32,000 bases of DNA from Candidatus Nanohalobium constans (GCF_009617975.1 NZ_CP040089.1:750001-782000), one strand, 5' to 3'; shown: positions 15,254 to 24,434, counted from the stretch's first letter. Numbers and translations: made by a program. Notes: generated by a model from the sequence alone, not told the origin.

Positions 15254-16717
15254 ATGGATAATAAGAAGCGCATCTTGATGTTTCTCACATTATTTACAAT
15301 TTTCACAGTAAGCGTTTCTGCACAAACTGGATTTGCGGAATCCCAAAACCCGTTAGGGGATTTCTTCCAAGTATTCAATGACCAAATTAGTTGGTATGAT
15401 GGAGAGGGATTAGCACCATTTATTCTTTGGATACTTATACCTGCTCTAGGTCTATTCGCAATTTTTAACTTTGTGTACACCAAAGCCTTCGAATTCGCAG
15501 AACAAAACTTCAGCAATAATTCTGGTATTTCAAGAGATGGACTATCGGACATGGCAGATAGCATGTCTAAATTACTGGCAATTTCAACCAGCATAGTCAC
15601 ACTGGTATTCTGGGGGGGCCTATTAGGATGGGCAATGATTGTAGCAGGAGCCGGAGCAATAGTATGGTTTGCATGGGCAAATGCAGCTGGATTAAAAGGA
15701 ACAATAGCTCCCCTACCTTTCGGAGGAGACGATGAAGATGGTGAGGGCGCCTCCTCAGATATGGTAGAAAGTCTTCAAAATGAAATTGGTTCATTGCAGG
15801 ATGAAATAGGGGATCTGAGGTCAAGACTGGATGATGACAGCTCTGACGAGAATCCAGATGAATTACTAGGTGAGATTGATTTCGAAGTAAGTGAACTTGA
15901 GGATATTATAGGCAAGCTTGAAGGAATAGAATCTGACTTTGAAACCACTCTAAGTAGTGTAAAGGATGAGGAAGATTATATACTTAGAGAGATTGAGGAT
16001 GAGGAAAAATCCATTCAAAAAATGCAGCAGACAGTAGAAGACACTCAAAGTGTAATCAAAGCATTAGCACAAGTAAAGAGTCAAGGTGTAAATCCTAGTG
16101 AATTTGGTTATGAAAACTACGGTAGTTTAGCCAAAGCCTTCAGTGAATCTGCGGATCAAATGAGTAACTTCGAAGGAGTACTTGAAGAAGAAATGGATAT
16201 TATAGAGAGAGCAGGGAGTGTTAAAGCAGAACTTAAAGGGCTGGTTGCTGAAATATCAGAACTTGAACAGGAAGTTGAAGCTGTTGAGAGTCTTTCTGAA
16301 CAACTAGAAGGGGAAGAAATTCAGGCAGAAAAAATAGCGAAGAGATACAATGATGAAGCTGATTGGGAGAAGATTAAAGAAGAGGAGGAAGAAACAGCCG
16401 CAGCCATAGAAAAAATGGAGAAAGTCTTGAAAGAAAAAGATGAAATTAAGAAACAGATTCAGGCTGAACTGAGAGAACTTGAGGAAATAAAACAAGAAAA
16501 CAACGAAGAGATAAGTCAAATAAGGCAGATACTCCAAGAACTCAATGAAGAAGAACAGGAGATAGACATAATCGAAGACGAGATAGATTCTGCACAGAGT
16601 GGTGCAGGAAGGCTTAATGCTGCCACTAGAAACTATGTAGAACCCGCTCTAGAAGATCTAAGGAATACAATAGAAACTTTGGAAAGTGAGACCAGTCAGG
16701 TTTTAGAAAGATTATAA
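15254..16717 (+). CDS. Membrane protein with signal peptide, about 3 TM helices and a ~330-aa acidic coiled-coil domain
   Basis: 487 aa. MDNKKRILMFLTLFTIFTVSVSA, then DFFQVF, the helix APFILWILIPALGLFAIFNFVYTKAFEFAEQ, and the Gly/Asp linker PFGGDDEDGEGASSD. A long E/K/L/I heptad-rich region follows. Confidence 0.7.
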   Translation: MDNKKRILMFLTLFTIFTVSVSAQTGFAESQNPLGDFFQVFNDQISWYDGEGLAPFILWILIPALGLFAIFNFVYTKAFEFAEQNFSNNSGISRDGLSDMADSMSKLLAISTSIVTLVFWGGLLGWAMIVAGAGAIVWFAWANAAGLKGTIAPLPFGGDDEDGEGASSDMVESLQNEIGSLQDEIGDLRSRLDDDSSDENPDELLGEIDFEVSELEDIIGKLEGIESDFETTLSSVKDEEDYILREIEDEEKSIQKMQQTVEDTQSVIKALAQVKSQGVNPSEFGYENYGSLAKAFSESADQMSNFEGVLEEEMDIIERAGSVKAELKGLVAEISELEQEVEAVESLSEQLEGEEIQAEKIAKRYNDEADWEKIKEEEEETAAAIEKMEKVLKEKDEIKKQIQAELRELEEIKQENNEEISQIRQILQELNEEEQEIDIIEDEIDSAQSGAGRLNAATRNYVEPALEDLRNTIETLESETSQVLERL

Positions 16718-16755
16718 AAGAGAACAACAACAAAGTTTGAACAGGACGATATAAA

Positions 16756-16896
16756 ATGGCAGAAGAGGCAACACAGACTGCGACCATTATGGTTCGTATG
16801 ATGAACAACATTGATGTCGCTTTGATTGGAGCAGCGGCAGGCTTTGCAGTGTCAAAAATGACTGGAAGAAAGAAGCGTGGAATGGGAGGATTCTAG
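16756..16896 (+). CDS. Possible 46-aa single-helix membrane micro-protein
   Basis: ATG at 16756. MAEEATQTATIMVRMMNNIDVALIGAAAGFAVSKMTGRKKRGMGGF. It fills an otherwise empty gap in a tight operon and is below the ORF-track length cutoff. Confidence 0.35.
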   Translation: MAEEATQTATIMVRMMNNIDVALIGAAAGFAVSKMTGRKKRGMGGF

Positions 16897-16906
16897 GTGG
16901 TTAAAA

Positions 16907-17170
16907 ATGAATAAAGCACAGAACTTCAGAGATTTTGTTTACAAGGCAGAAAACATAATAGACGAACTCCTGATCGTGCTACTATCACTGGGAGCGATTA
17001 CAGTGACAGTTTACACGATGTTCTTCACTTCCCAGAGCTACGACTTCATCGAGTTCGGGCGTATAATCTTCCCATGGCTAACAATGCTCGGACTGATGAT
17101 TATCGGTCGAGAACTCTGGATAATGAACCGGAAAATAACAGCCTACCTTGAACAACAAGGTGAAGAATAA
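16907..17170 (+). CDS. Small two-helix membrane protein
   Basis: ATG 16907 is preceded by AGGTGG with 6-nt spacing (the ORF-track start at 16877 is GTG). Helices are LLIVLLSLGAITVTVYTMFF and IIFPWLTMLGLMIIG. Confidence 0.55.
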   Translation: MNKAQNFRDFVYKAENIIDELLIVLLSLGAITVTVYTMFFTSQSYDFIEFGRIIFPWLTMLGLMIIGRELWIMNRKITAYLEQQGEE

Positions 17171-17173
17171 GCA

Positions 17174-17758
17174 GTGGCTCCAGAAGTCTCCGGATTCTCC
17201 AATATTATTTCTCTTCTAACAGGCGCAGACGCGTTCAGCCTACTATTCCCATTCATACTCGCATGGATGCTATTCCTAGCAGCAATCGAGAAAGCAGAAA
17301 TATTTAAAGGAAGCGATAGCCTGAATAACGCTCCTCCAGTAATGGCTATGATACTAGCATTCTTCACCGCCAGATTCCTAGTAGCACAGCCAGCATACCA
17401 AGACTTCTTCCAGGTATTCTTCGGAAAAATAGTGATAGGACTGGCATCGATATTAGGTCTGCTAACACTGGGAGCATTCACAGGCTTTGATTACAGCGAT
17501 AAAGATATCTTCAAGAAGCCTTTATTCGGCATAGCTGTATTAATGGCAGTGGCTGCCTTCATTTGGGCAGGAGGATTTGGTCCTATAGCAAGCCAGACGA
17601 ATGTCGGCAGCACATTAGCAGCTATCGCTTCATACACTCTGGAAAGTGGAGCAATATGGCTCCTGGTGATAGGTGGAGCAATATGGGCTGTTATGAAGCC
17701 TGGTGGTAGCTCAGGCGGCGACACTGATACAGGAGATGATGGAGACTCAGATGGATAA
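17174..17758 (+). CDS. Polytopic membrane protein with a Gly/Asp tail, unknown function
   Basis: 194 aa with a GTG start. Helix FPFILAWMLFLAAIEKAEIF, DFFQVF peptide, and tail GGSSGGDTDTGDDGDSDG. Confidence 0.65.
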   Translation: MAPEVSGFSNIISLLTGADAFSLLFPFILAWMLFLAAIEKAEIFKGSDSLNNAPPVMAMILAFFTARFLVAQPAYQDFFQVFFGKIVIGLASILGLLTLGAFTGFDYSDKDIFKKPLFGIAVLMAVAAFIWAGGFGPIASQTNVGSTLAAIASYTLESGAIWLLVIGGAIWAVMKPGGSSGGDTDTGDDGDSDG

Positions 17759-17771
17759 AAAGTGATTAATC

Positions 17772-18290
17772 ATGGCAGTGTTTGAGAATATACTTCAGAT
17801 GATGGTGAGTTCGGGGGCATACTACATTTTTGTTTGGCTCCTTTTCGCAGGGCTTATCTATGGCATGCTTGAGAAATATGAAGTTTTAGGAGATTCCTCT
17901 GCTATCGCTGGAGTTGCTTTAGGCGGTTCTTTCCTTATCGTGCTTGGTATCGCCTTTGCTGGACCTGCCAATGCAGTGCTTCTTGATTTTGCTGGCGGTC
18001 TTGGTTTTATAGCAGTTGTCTTGTTCGGCACGGCTATCCTCTTAGGTATGAGCGGTATTGATGTCATGGATATGGGAGAGGATGGTGGCTTGGAGGGAAA
18101 TATTCTGGCTGGTGCTGGATTGATTTTTGTGGCAATAGCGTTGATAGGTGCTATTGGATTTAATGTGAATCTTGAAAGTGTTTTGTCTTTAGGTAGTGGA
18201 GATGTCTATCAAGATGTGGTATTTCCTATTGCGTTCCTAATATTCTTGTTACTGGCAATTGACGCCACTACAGGCGGTGGCGGAGACTAG
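17772..18290 (+). CDS. Polytopic membrane protein with a Gly tail, unknown function (paralogue-like to 17174)
   Basis: 172 aa. Helix YYIFVWLLFAGLIYGMLEKYEVL, several Gly-rich helices, and tail TTGGGGD. Confidence 0.65.
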   Translation: MAVFENILQMMVSSGAYYIFVWLLFAGLIYGMLEKYEVLGDSSAIAGVALGGSFLIVLGIAFAGPANAVLLDFAGGLGFIAVVLFGTAILLGMSGIDVMDMGEDGGLEGNILAGAGLIFVAIALIGAIGFNVNLESVLSLGSGDVYQDVVFPIAFLIFLLLAIDATTGGGGD

Positions 18291-18318
18291 CTAAAATTAG
18301 AGAAGAAAAAGAGTGTTT

Positions 18319-19185
18319 TTACCAGTCTTTTAGTTGTTCGTCGACTTGTTCCATGTCTTGGCTTGAGATGTTGGTCTCTGTTTGTATTCCTTTTTCTTGT
18401 TTCATTTCTTGTACCAGGCTGGTTAGGTCTCTGACATTGTCGACTAGGCTTGGTAGTACTTGTTGGAATGCTTTTTCTAGTCCTCCTATCCGTGATTGGT
18501 AGGAGTCGATGTGGTCTTCCATTTCGTCTACTTTCTGTACAAATTCTTCTTGGTCTTCATCGTCCCTAACTTCTAGGTCGTGGACCCGGTTTTCTAGGTC
18601 TTCTACTGCTTCTTCTATTGTGTCGAGTTCTTCGTACATGTTTTCGAACTCTGCTTTTACTCTTTGGAAGTTCTCTGCTACTATTGTTTCGATCAGTTCT
18701 TCCACTGCTGGATCAACTGATTGTCCTTGTCTTTCGTTTTTAGTTGGTTGATTCTGTGTTGGTTGCTGCATGTTGTTTGCCGACAGTTTCTGTTGCTGTG
18801 TATTGTTTTCCTGTTTTTGAGGCTCGTCGTTGTATCCTTCGTCCATTGGACTCACTGGTTCGTCGTCGCTTTGGTATGGTGTCATTGGTTGAGGTCCATC
18901 GTCTTGAGAAGTTGCTGAACTGGTTACTGCATTGTTCACTGCATTGCTGATTTCTTGTTCTGAGTATTGTCCTTGTAGTTCGTTTTTGATCTCGTCTTCG
19001 CTGTATCCTTGTTCGAACATCTGTTCTACTGTCCTATCGAGGCTTCCACCGCCTAGATCTGAGTTTGAGTCTAGGCCTCTGTCTCCTAGACCTGGGCTAC
19101 TGGTGTTGCCTCCTATTCCCTGTGTCTGGTTATCTGGGTTGCTTCCACCGTCGTCTCTGAGGCGTTCGAATAGTTTGAATTTCAT
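18319..19185 (-). CDS. Acidic protein with a disordered Q/N/G-rich N-half and a C-terminal coiled coil
   Basis: 288 aa. Low-complexity NNTQQQKLSANNMQQPTQNQPTKNERQ, then the helical region EELDTIEEAVEDLENRVHDLE...IGGLEKAFQQVLPSLVDNVRDLTSLV. Its ATG directly abuts the upstream TAA. Confidence 0.6.
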   Translation of the reverse strand: MKFKLFERLRDDGGSNPDNQTQGIGGNTSSPGLGDRGLDSNSDLGGGSLDRTVEQMFEQGYSEDEIKNELQGQYSEQEISNAVNNAVTSSATSQDDGPQPMTPYQSDDEPVSPMDEGYNDEPQKQENNTQQQKLSANNMQQPTQNQPTKNERQGQSVDPAVEELIETIVAENFQRVKAEFENMYEELDTIEEAVEDLENRVHDLEVRDDEDQEEFVQKVDEMEDHIDSYQSRIGGLEKAFQQVLPSLVDNVRDLTSLVQEMKQEKGIQTETNISSQDMEQVDEQLKDW

Positions 19186-19644
19186 TTAATTTTGAGCCTC
19201 TCTGAAGTCTTGTTCTTTTTCCAGGTTTTTTAGTTTTCTGTCTATAAGGTTTTCTACTTCGTTTTTCGACATCGCTTCCTGGTTGTTTTCTTCCAACATG
19301 TCTTGGGCTTCGCTTTTGGTTATGAAAGAACTGTTTATCGGGTTCATCAGGTCCATGTAGTTCTCCATCTCCTCAAGTTCCTGAGATGTCACGAATTTTC
19401 TTTTTTCCCTGTTGATTTCTTTGATGTCTACTTCCATATTGGCTAGTCTGTCCCTGATCTCTGACATGTCGTCTCTTAGGTCCTGCATATCGTCGGATAG
19501 GTCGCCGGTTTTATCCAGCAGTGTGTCGTCCAGTGTGTTGACCCGGGCGTTAAGGTTTCTGACTTTTTCTTCCAGGTCTCTGACTCTGCGGTTGAAGTCG
19601 TTTACCCTGTCGATTATCCTGTTTATCGTGTCGCCTTGGGCCAT
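19186..19644 (-). CDS. Coiled-coil protein, unknown function
   Basis: 152 aa. RRVRDLEEKVRNLNARVNTLDDTLL...MSEIRDRLANMEVDIKEINRE is heptad-like. It is divergent from the pilus ATPase across 48 bp. Confidence 0.6.
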   Translation of the reverse strand: MAQGDTINRIIDRVNDFNRRVRDLEEKVRNLNARVNTLDDTLLDKTGDLSDDMQDLRDDMSEIRDRLANMEVDIKEINREKRKFVTSQELEEMENYMDLMNPINSSFITKSEAQDMLEENNQEAMSKNEVENLIDRKLKNLEKEQDFREAQN

Positions 19645-19692
19645 GATGTTTTATTTTACCTTTACTTGAATAATAATGGTAAGGGGTAGCTG

Positions 19693-21951
19693 ATGGCTGT
19701 AAGAGACAAAAATGTTTTCGACTACGAATACGAGGAAGAAACCGGTACTGTCCGAGTAAACATGCTGGGCAGCATCTACGGAGCTTCAATAGAAGACTAC
19801 CCCGAGGTCATGTCTCGTGTAATAAATATTCTTCAAGAAGTACCGGGTGCTTCATCAGTCATACTTTCAGAATCCCGTGACTACGAGTACGGGGAAGAAG
19901 AGATCAGCCTGTTAAGAGGAGTAGCAAATGCTATACAGGAAATCTCCTCAGAAGGCTATCTTTCACAGAACATCAAGACAGATAACTGCGACCAACTCTA
20001 CAGCCAACATTTGCCGGAGGTTCAGCAAACTGTTTTCGACAAGATGAGGCGCGACCCTGTCGGCGCTTATGTCGAACTGCGTAGAAAAAAACGGCATATG
20101 CAGCAATCCAAAGAAGACTCAGAATATCCTCAGCAAAGCCGCTGCAGGAAATACTTCATACAAGATGTGATACAACCAGTACTGGACAGGATGGAGCAAT
20201 GTGAGATAATTCAAAGAGCAACGAACTACATAACCGGGCACCATGTAGGCGACAGAGAAGTCTACAGAGAATACTTCCATCCTCTAGTTAGACCGAACTT
20301 CATGCTTACCAAGTTCATGTCTTTGCCTCCTGAGAGAGGTGAAGAGATCGACAGGTACACGGTACGGAACGATATCGAGGTTACGACCTACCGGGTACCG
20401 GATAAGACCCGTCCTGTATACCATGTAGACCCGCCAGAGTTCAACCTTCCGGAAGAGAAGTACAACCTGTTGGACGCAGCAAGGAGATTCATGGCAAGTC
20501 ACGACCCCGAATCCGGAGAATTCGCCCGACCAGAAAGAATGCAGAATGTATTCCAAAACATCGGCAGGGACATGCTGAGAGACATATCCAACCAGATGAA
20601 TATCCAACTAGGACAAGAAGAACTAGAAAGCCTGACAGACATACTAAACAGGTACACCTCAGGTCTAGGCGTACTAGAACTACTACTAGCAGATCCGAAA
20701 ATCGAAGATGTATATGTCAACTCTCCTGTCGGCAGCAGCCCAATCTATGTCAAACACCAAGACTACGGAGAATGCGAAACCAACCTCATACCCACCAAAG
20801 AAGAAGCAGAAAGCTGGGCCACACGATTCAGAATACAAAGTGGACGCCCACTAGACGAAGCCAACCCAGTACTCGACACAGAAACAGAAGTAACAGGCGG
20901 AAGAGCAAGAGTAGCAGTAATACAAGAAAACCTTTCACCAGAAGGACTAGCATTCGCATTCAGACGCCACAGAAGCAAAGCATGGACACTACCACTCTTC
21001 ATCAAAAACAACATGATATCGCCGCTCGCCGCAGGACTCCTAAGCTTCATAGTAGAAGGCAACAGAAGCGTCCTCTTCTCAGGAACAAGAGGAGCAGGAA
21101 AATCCAGCCTTCTAAGTGCCTCAATGCTCGAGATAATGAAAAACCACCGAATCGTAACCGTAGAGGACACATTGGAGATACCAGTGCCTCAGATGAAGGA
21201 TTTAGGCTATAATATCGAAAGGATGAAGTCTAGATCCGTTATTACTCAAGTTGAGAATGAGATGAGTGCTGATAACGCTATCCGTACCTCTCTACGACTC
21301 GGCGATTCCGCATTGGTAATTGGAGAGGTTCGTTCGGATGAAGCTCAGGCATTGTATGAGGCTATGCGTGTCGGAGCAGTTGCTAACTTCGTAGGAGGTA
21401 CTATCCACGGTGAGGATGCTTACTCAGTATTCGACCGTGTTGTAAACGACCTGGATGTGCCTAAGACCTCTTTCAAGGCGACGGACATCATAGTTTCCGT
21501 CAACAAGATTAAGTCTCCTGACGGCATGGAGACATATCGACGAGTCACAGGTATCACCGAGGTTCGTAAAGAGTGGACAGATGATCCGGTTGAGGAGAAC
21601 GCGTTCGTAGACCTGATGAGATACGACAGCAGCAAGGACCGTTTAGTGCCGACAGATACATTGATCAATGGCGAATCGCTTATCCTGAACCGTATAGCAG
21701 AGAATATCAAGGAGTGGAAGAATGACTGGGATGCCGTCTGGAACAACATCCAGTTGAGGAAAGATATCAAGCAGAAGCTGGTTGAGAAAGCTGAGGAAGA
21801 AGATAGAGACGATCTGTTAGAGGCTGAGTTTGTTGTAAAGGCTAACCAGCAGTTCCATATACTTTCTGAAAAAGTTAACGAGGAGTATGGCGAGCAACAG
21901 CCAGAAAGAATAATGAACAGGTGGGAGGAATGGCTAGACCAGCAACTGTAG
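19693..21951 (+). CDS. Type II/IV secretion-family ATPase (archaeal PilB/FlaI-like, VirB11/GspE superfamily) with a long N-terminal extension
   Basis: 752 aa. Walker A GTRGAGKSS at nt 21082-21108, Asp box RIVTVEDTLEI, Walker B ALVIGEVRSDEA, His box GGTIHG. The catalytic core begins only after about 430 residues. Confidence 0.9.
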   Translation: MAVRDKNVFDYEYEEETGTVRVNMLGSIYGASIEDYPEVMSRVINILQEVPGASSVILSESRDYEYGEEEISLLRGVANAIQEISSEGYLSQNIKTDNCDQLYSQHLPEVQQTVFDKMRRDPVGAYVELRRKKRHMQQSKEDSEYPQQSRCRKYFIQDVIQPVLDRMEQCEIIQRATNYITGHHVGDREVYREYFHPLVRPNFMLTKFMSLPPERGEEIDRYTVRNDIEVTTYRVPDKTRPVYHVDPPEFNLPEEKYNLLDAARRFMASHDPESGEFARPERMQNVFQNIGRDMLRDISNQMNIQLGQEELESLTDILNRYTSGLGVLELLLADPKIEDVYVNSPVGSSPIYVKHQDYGECETNLIPTKEEAESWATRFRIQSGRPLDEANPVLDTETEVTGGRARVAVIQENLSPEGLAFAFRRHRSKAWTLPLFIKNNMISPLAAGLLSFIVEGNRSVLFSGTRGAGKSSLLSASMLEIMKNHRIVTVEDTLEIPVPQMKDLGYNIERMKSRSVITQVENEMSADNAIRTSLRLGDSALVIGEVRSDEAQALYEAMRVGAVANFVGGTIHGEDAYSVFDRVVNDLDVPKTSFKATDIIVSVNKIKSPDGMETYRRVTGITEVRKEWTDDPVEENAFVDLMRYDSSKDRLVPTDTLINGESLILNRIAENIKEWKNDWDAVWNNIQLRKDIKQKLVEKAEEEDRDDLLEAEFVVKANQQFHILSEKVNEEYGEQQPERIMNRWEEWLDQQL

Positions 21952-22003
21952 CAAAGCAGAGAAATATTCCCACCTCAATCCTTTTCTGGGAGGCAGCTAT
22001 CAC

Positions 22004-24136
22004 ATGAATGAAGAGGAGAAAGAAGACTTACAGGATATTATAGACGATATCAACAGAGATGTTCAGAACTCCTCTGTACAACCTGAGAACAGCAGGGAAA
22101 AATATTCCAAGAGCTATCAAAAATACAAGGAAGAGGAAAAAGAATCTAAAGAAACAAGCAGGTACGAAAGATTTTGCTACAAGTCAGCTTCCATCCTCAA
22201 TCTTAAAGCAGATCAGGGAACGAGAGAAAAATTAAACCCTGCAATCAAACTGGTTGGCTGGGAGATCACACCCGGAATGGTGCTTTCAGCATCCGTTATC
22301 ACCGGAGGAATAGCTTTCTTCGGATGGATGATGCTGTTTATCCTGAACTCAGCTTTCGGACTGTTCCCTAACTCACTTCTCTTCATCAGCCTGATCGGAG
22401 TGATAGGCTCAGGAGTCTACATGTACTACAAACCCATCTTCGAGGCTAAGAACAAGGTAATCAGAAGCTCAGGTGAGATGATACTCTCCATACTCTACAT
22501 GGTCATCTACATGCGTTCCTCACCAAACCTTGAGGGCGCAGTCCGTTTCGCAGCCCTAAACCTCGAAGGACCAATATCAGAGGACTTAAAAAGCGTTCTC
22601 TGGGATGTAGAAGTCGGCAAATTCAACCGCGTAGAAGAATCACTAGAAAACTATACCAAAGCATGGAAAGACTACAACGAAGACTACCTAGAATCCCTAC
22701 AACTACTGAAAGCTGCTGTCAACGAACCAAACAACGATAGAAGAGAAGACCTACTTCAAGACTCGATCGACAGGATTTTAGACGGGACACAGGAAAAGAT
22801 GAAGCACTACGCCCAAGGACTGAAGACACCAGTCATGATATTGAATGCTCTAGGCGCCTTACTCCCTGTACTAGCGATGATCATGCTGCCTCTTATCTCT
22901 GTTTTCATGGGTAGCGCAATCTCTCCCTTCCAACTCTTCCTTGCATTCAACGTCGTGCTGCCAGGAACTCTCTACTGGTTTATGCAGAAAATACTAAGCA
23001 GCAGACCGCCCACAGTCAACTCAAAGCCCAAGTCCGAGGAAGCAATGCCAGAAAGAGGAAAATACTCTCTCAATATCATGTCAAAAACAGTTAAAGTACC
23101 TTCCCGAATCATCGGCGGAGGAATATTCCTTCTAATCAGTTCATTTGGATTCCTAGGCTACCTAGCCTTCCCACACTTCTACCCTGTCCAAGAACTAGAG
23201 CAGTTAGCAGTGCCAGCCCTGTTCGGAACCTCAAACGGTTTAAGCCCATTCCCTATGCTGTTAAGAAGCCTTTCAATAACTGCAGGACTCGGCTTCGGCA
23301 TAGGCGCAACAAAAATACTTGGAAATATAGAAAGAAAGAAAGCTGAGAAGGAAATAGAAAAAATCGAGAAACAGCTCCCTTCCGCACTGTTCGAGCTAGG
23401 AAACGAGATATCAGGCGGCACACCGATAGAACTAGCCTTGAAAGATGCCGCAGACTCGACATCACAGCTAGAGATTTCAAAAATGTTCAGTAAAGCCTCA
23501 GACAACATCCAGACGATGGGCATGACCTTTGAACAGGCAATATTCGACGATAGAAACGGCGCACTCAAGGAATTCCCAAGCCAAATGCTTGATACCGTGA
23601 TGAGAGCAGTACTGTCCTCATCTGAGAAAGGCACAAAGATAGCGTCGATGGCGATGCTCACAGTCTCAAAATACTTAAAAAACGTGCACAAGACACAGGA
23701 GAGACTAAACGACCTGATGGAAGAATCTACAACTACTATCCAGATGCTTGCGTACATGCTCGCCCCTGTCGTCTCAGGAGTCGCAGTCGGAATGAGCCAA
23801 ACCATCATCTCCGCGATGTTCAACCTCGGACAGCAGTTTGCGGATACACGCCAAAGCCTGCCATCACAAGGTTCAGGAGCAGGATTCGGAGGAATACTTG
23901 GAAACCTGCAGACAGCAATCCCTCCAGAAGTACTTCAGTTCGTGGTCGGAATCTATCTCATCCAACTGTTATTTATTCTAGGAACATTTTACACTAAGAT
24001 AAAGCACGGAGAAAACAAGACGTACAAAAACATGTTCATCGGCAAAATCCTCATATCAGGCTTCATACTGTACAGCATAACAATGATCATCGTAGCACTA
24101 CTATTCGGAGGAATAATATCAAATGCAACAGCATAA
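22004..24136 (+). CDS. Polytopic platform membrane protein (FlaJ/TadC/PilC-like, two T2SS-F-like cytoplasmic domains)
   Basis: 710 aa, with GGGAGG about 10 nt upstream of the ATG. Two helical cytoplasmic domains (ISEDLKSVLWDVEVGKF... and LPSALFELGNEISGGTPIELALKDAA...) are each followed by TM helices. It sits immediately downstream of the ATPase. Confidence 0.8.
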   Translation: MNEEEKEDLQDIIDDINRDVQNSSVQPENSREKYSKSYQKYKEEEKESKETSRYERFCYKSASILNLKADQGTREKLNPAIKLVGWEITPGMVLSASVITGGIAFFGWMMLFILNSAFGLFPNSLLFISLIGVIGSGVYMYYKPIFEAKNKVIRSSGEMILSILYMVIYMRSSPNLEGAVRFAALNLEGPISEDLKSVLWDVEVGKFNRVEESLENYTKAWKDYNEDYLESLQLLKAAVNEPNNDRREDLLQDSIDRILDGTQEKMKHYAQGLKTPVMILNALGALLPVLAMIMLPLISVFMGSAISPFQLFLAFNVVLPGTLYWFMQKILSSRPPTVNSKPKSEEAMPERGKYSLNIMSKTVKVPSRIIGGGIFLLISSFGFLGYLAFPHFYPVQELEQLAVPALFGTSNGLSPFPMLLRSLSITAGLGFGIGATKILGNIERKKAEKEIEKIEKQLPSALFELGNEISGGTPIELALKDAADSTSQLEISKMFSKASDNIQTMGMTFEQAIFDDRNGALKEFPSQMLDTVMRAVLSSSEKGTKIASMAMLTVSKYLKNVHKTQERLNDLMEESTTTIQMLAYMLAPVVSGVAVGMSQTIISAMFNLGQQFADTRQSLPSQGSGAGFGGILGNLQTAIPPEVLQFVVGIYLIQLLFILGTFYTKIKHGENKTYKNMFIGKILISGFILYSITMIIVALLFGGIISNATA

Positions 24137-24152
24137 AGGAAGTAGATCAGAA

Positions 24153-24239
24153 ATGAAGGCTCTAATCGGAATAATAATAGGAATGGTGTCAATAGCAATT
24201 TTCCTATCAGTATGGAGCTCTTCACCAGCGATACCATGA
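24153..24239 (+). CDS. Possible 28-aa hydrophobic micro-protein
   Basis: MKALIGIIIGMVSIAIFLSVWSSSPAIP, with AAGGAAG upstream. Its stop overlaps the next start in an ATGA at 24236-24239. Confidence 0.35.
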   Translation: MKALIGIIIGMVSIAIFLSVWSSSPAIP

Positions 24240-24427
24240 AAAAACGCAAAGGCGATGTTAATGGAACTAGGTTCCTCGTAGAAGTCATACTAGCAATAGC
24301 TGCACTGACACTTGCCTTATATTTTATACCTGAATGGCTGCAAAACGCAAAGGAAGCGACGCAAGGTTGCACAATACTTCAATCAGTAGTCGCAGATGCA
24401 ACACAGGGCGCAATCAACTCATGCTGA
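24236..24427 (+). CDS. Small pilin-like protein with a class III-type signal
   Basis: 63 aa from ATG 24236. MKKRKG then DVNGTRFLVEVILAIAALTLALYF. Two Cys lie in the short C-terminal part. Confidence 0.55.
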   Translation: MKKRKGDVNGTRFLVEVILAIAALTLALYFIPEWLQNAKEATQGCTILQSVVADATQGAINSC

Positions 24428-24434
24428 CACAACC

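Noticed and set aside
16907-17170. Possible PsiE-like (phosphate-starvation-inducible) assignment for the two-helix protein.
   Set aside because: The resemblance is only in general architecture, and the protein is much shorter than PsiE. I could not point to a specific motif.
19656-19682. TTACC ... GGTAA inverted repeat in the 48-bp divergent spacer.
   Set aside because: The arms are only 5 bp with a 17-nt spacer in A/T-rich DNA, so it is likely chance.
23179-23823. Long antisense ORFs in the track: 23179-23823 (214 aa), 27083-27571, 10878-11360, 30294-30764, 20763-21170, 17143-17481, 15235-15600 and many ORFs of 60-130 aa.
   Set aside because: Each lies fully inside, and opposite to, an ORF with recognisable motifs or strong signal and operon context. 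Their translations are low-complexity (S/L/F/C-rich) mirror images of acidic coding sequence.
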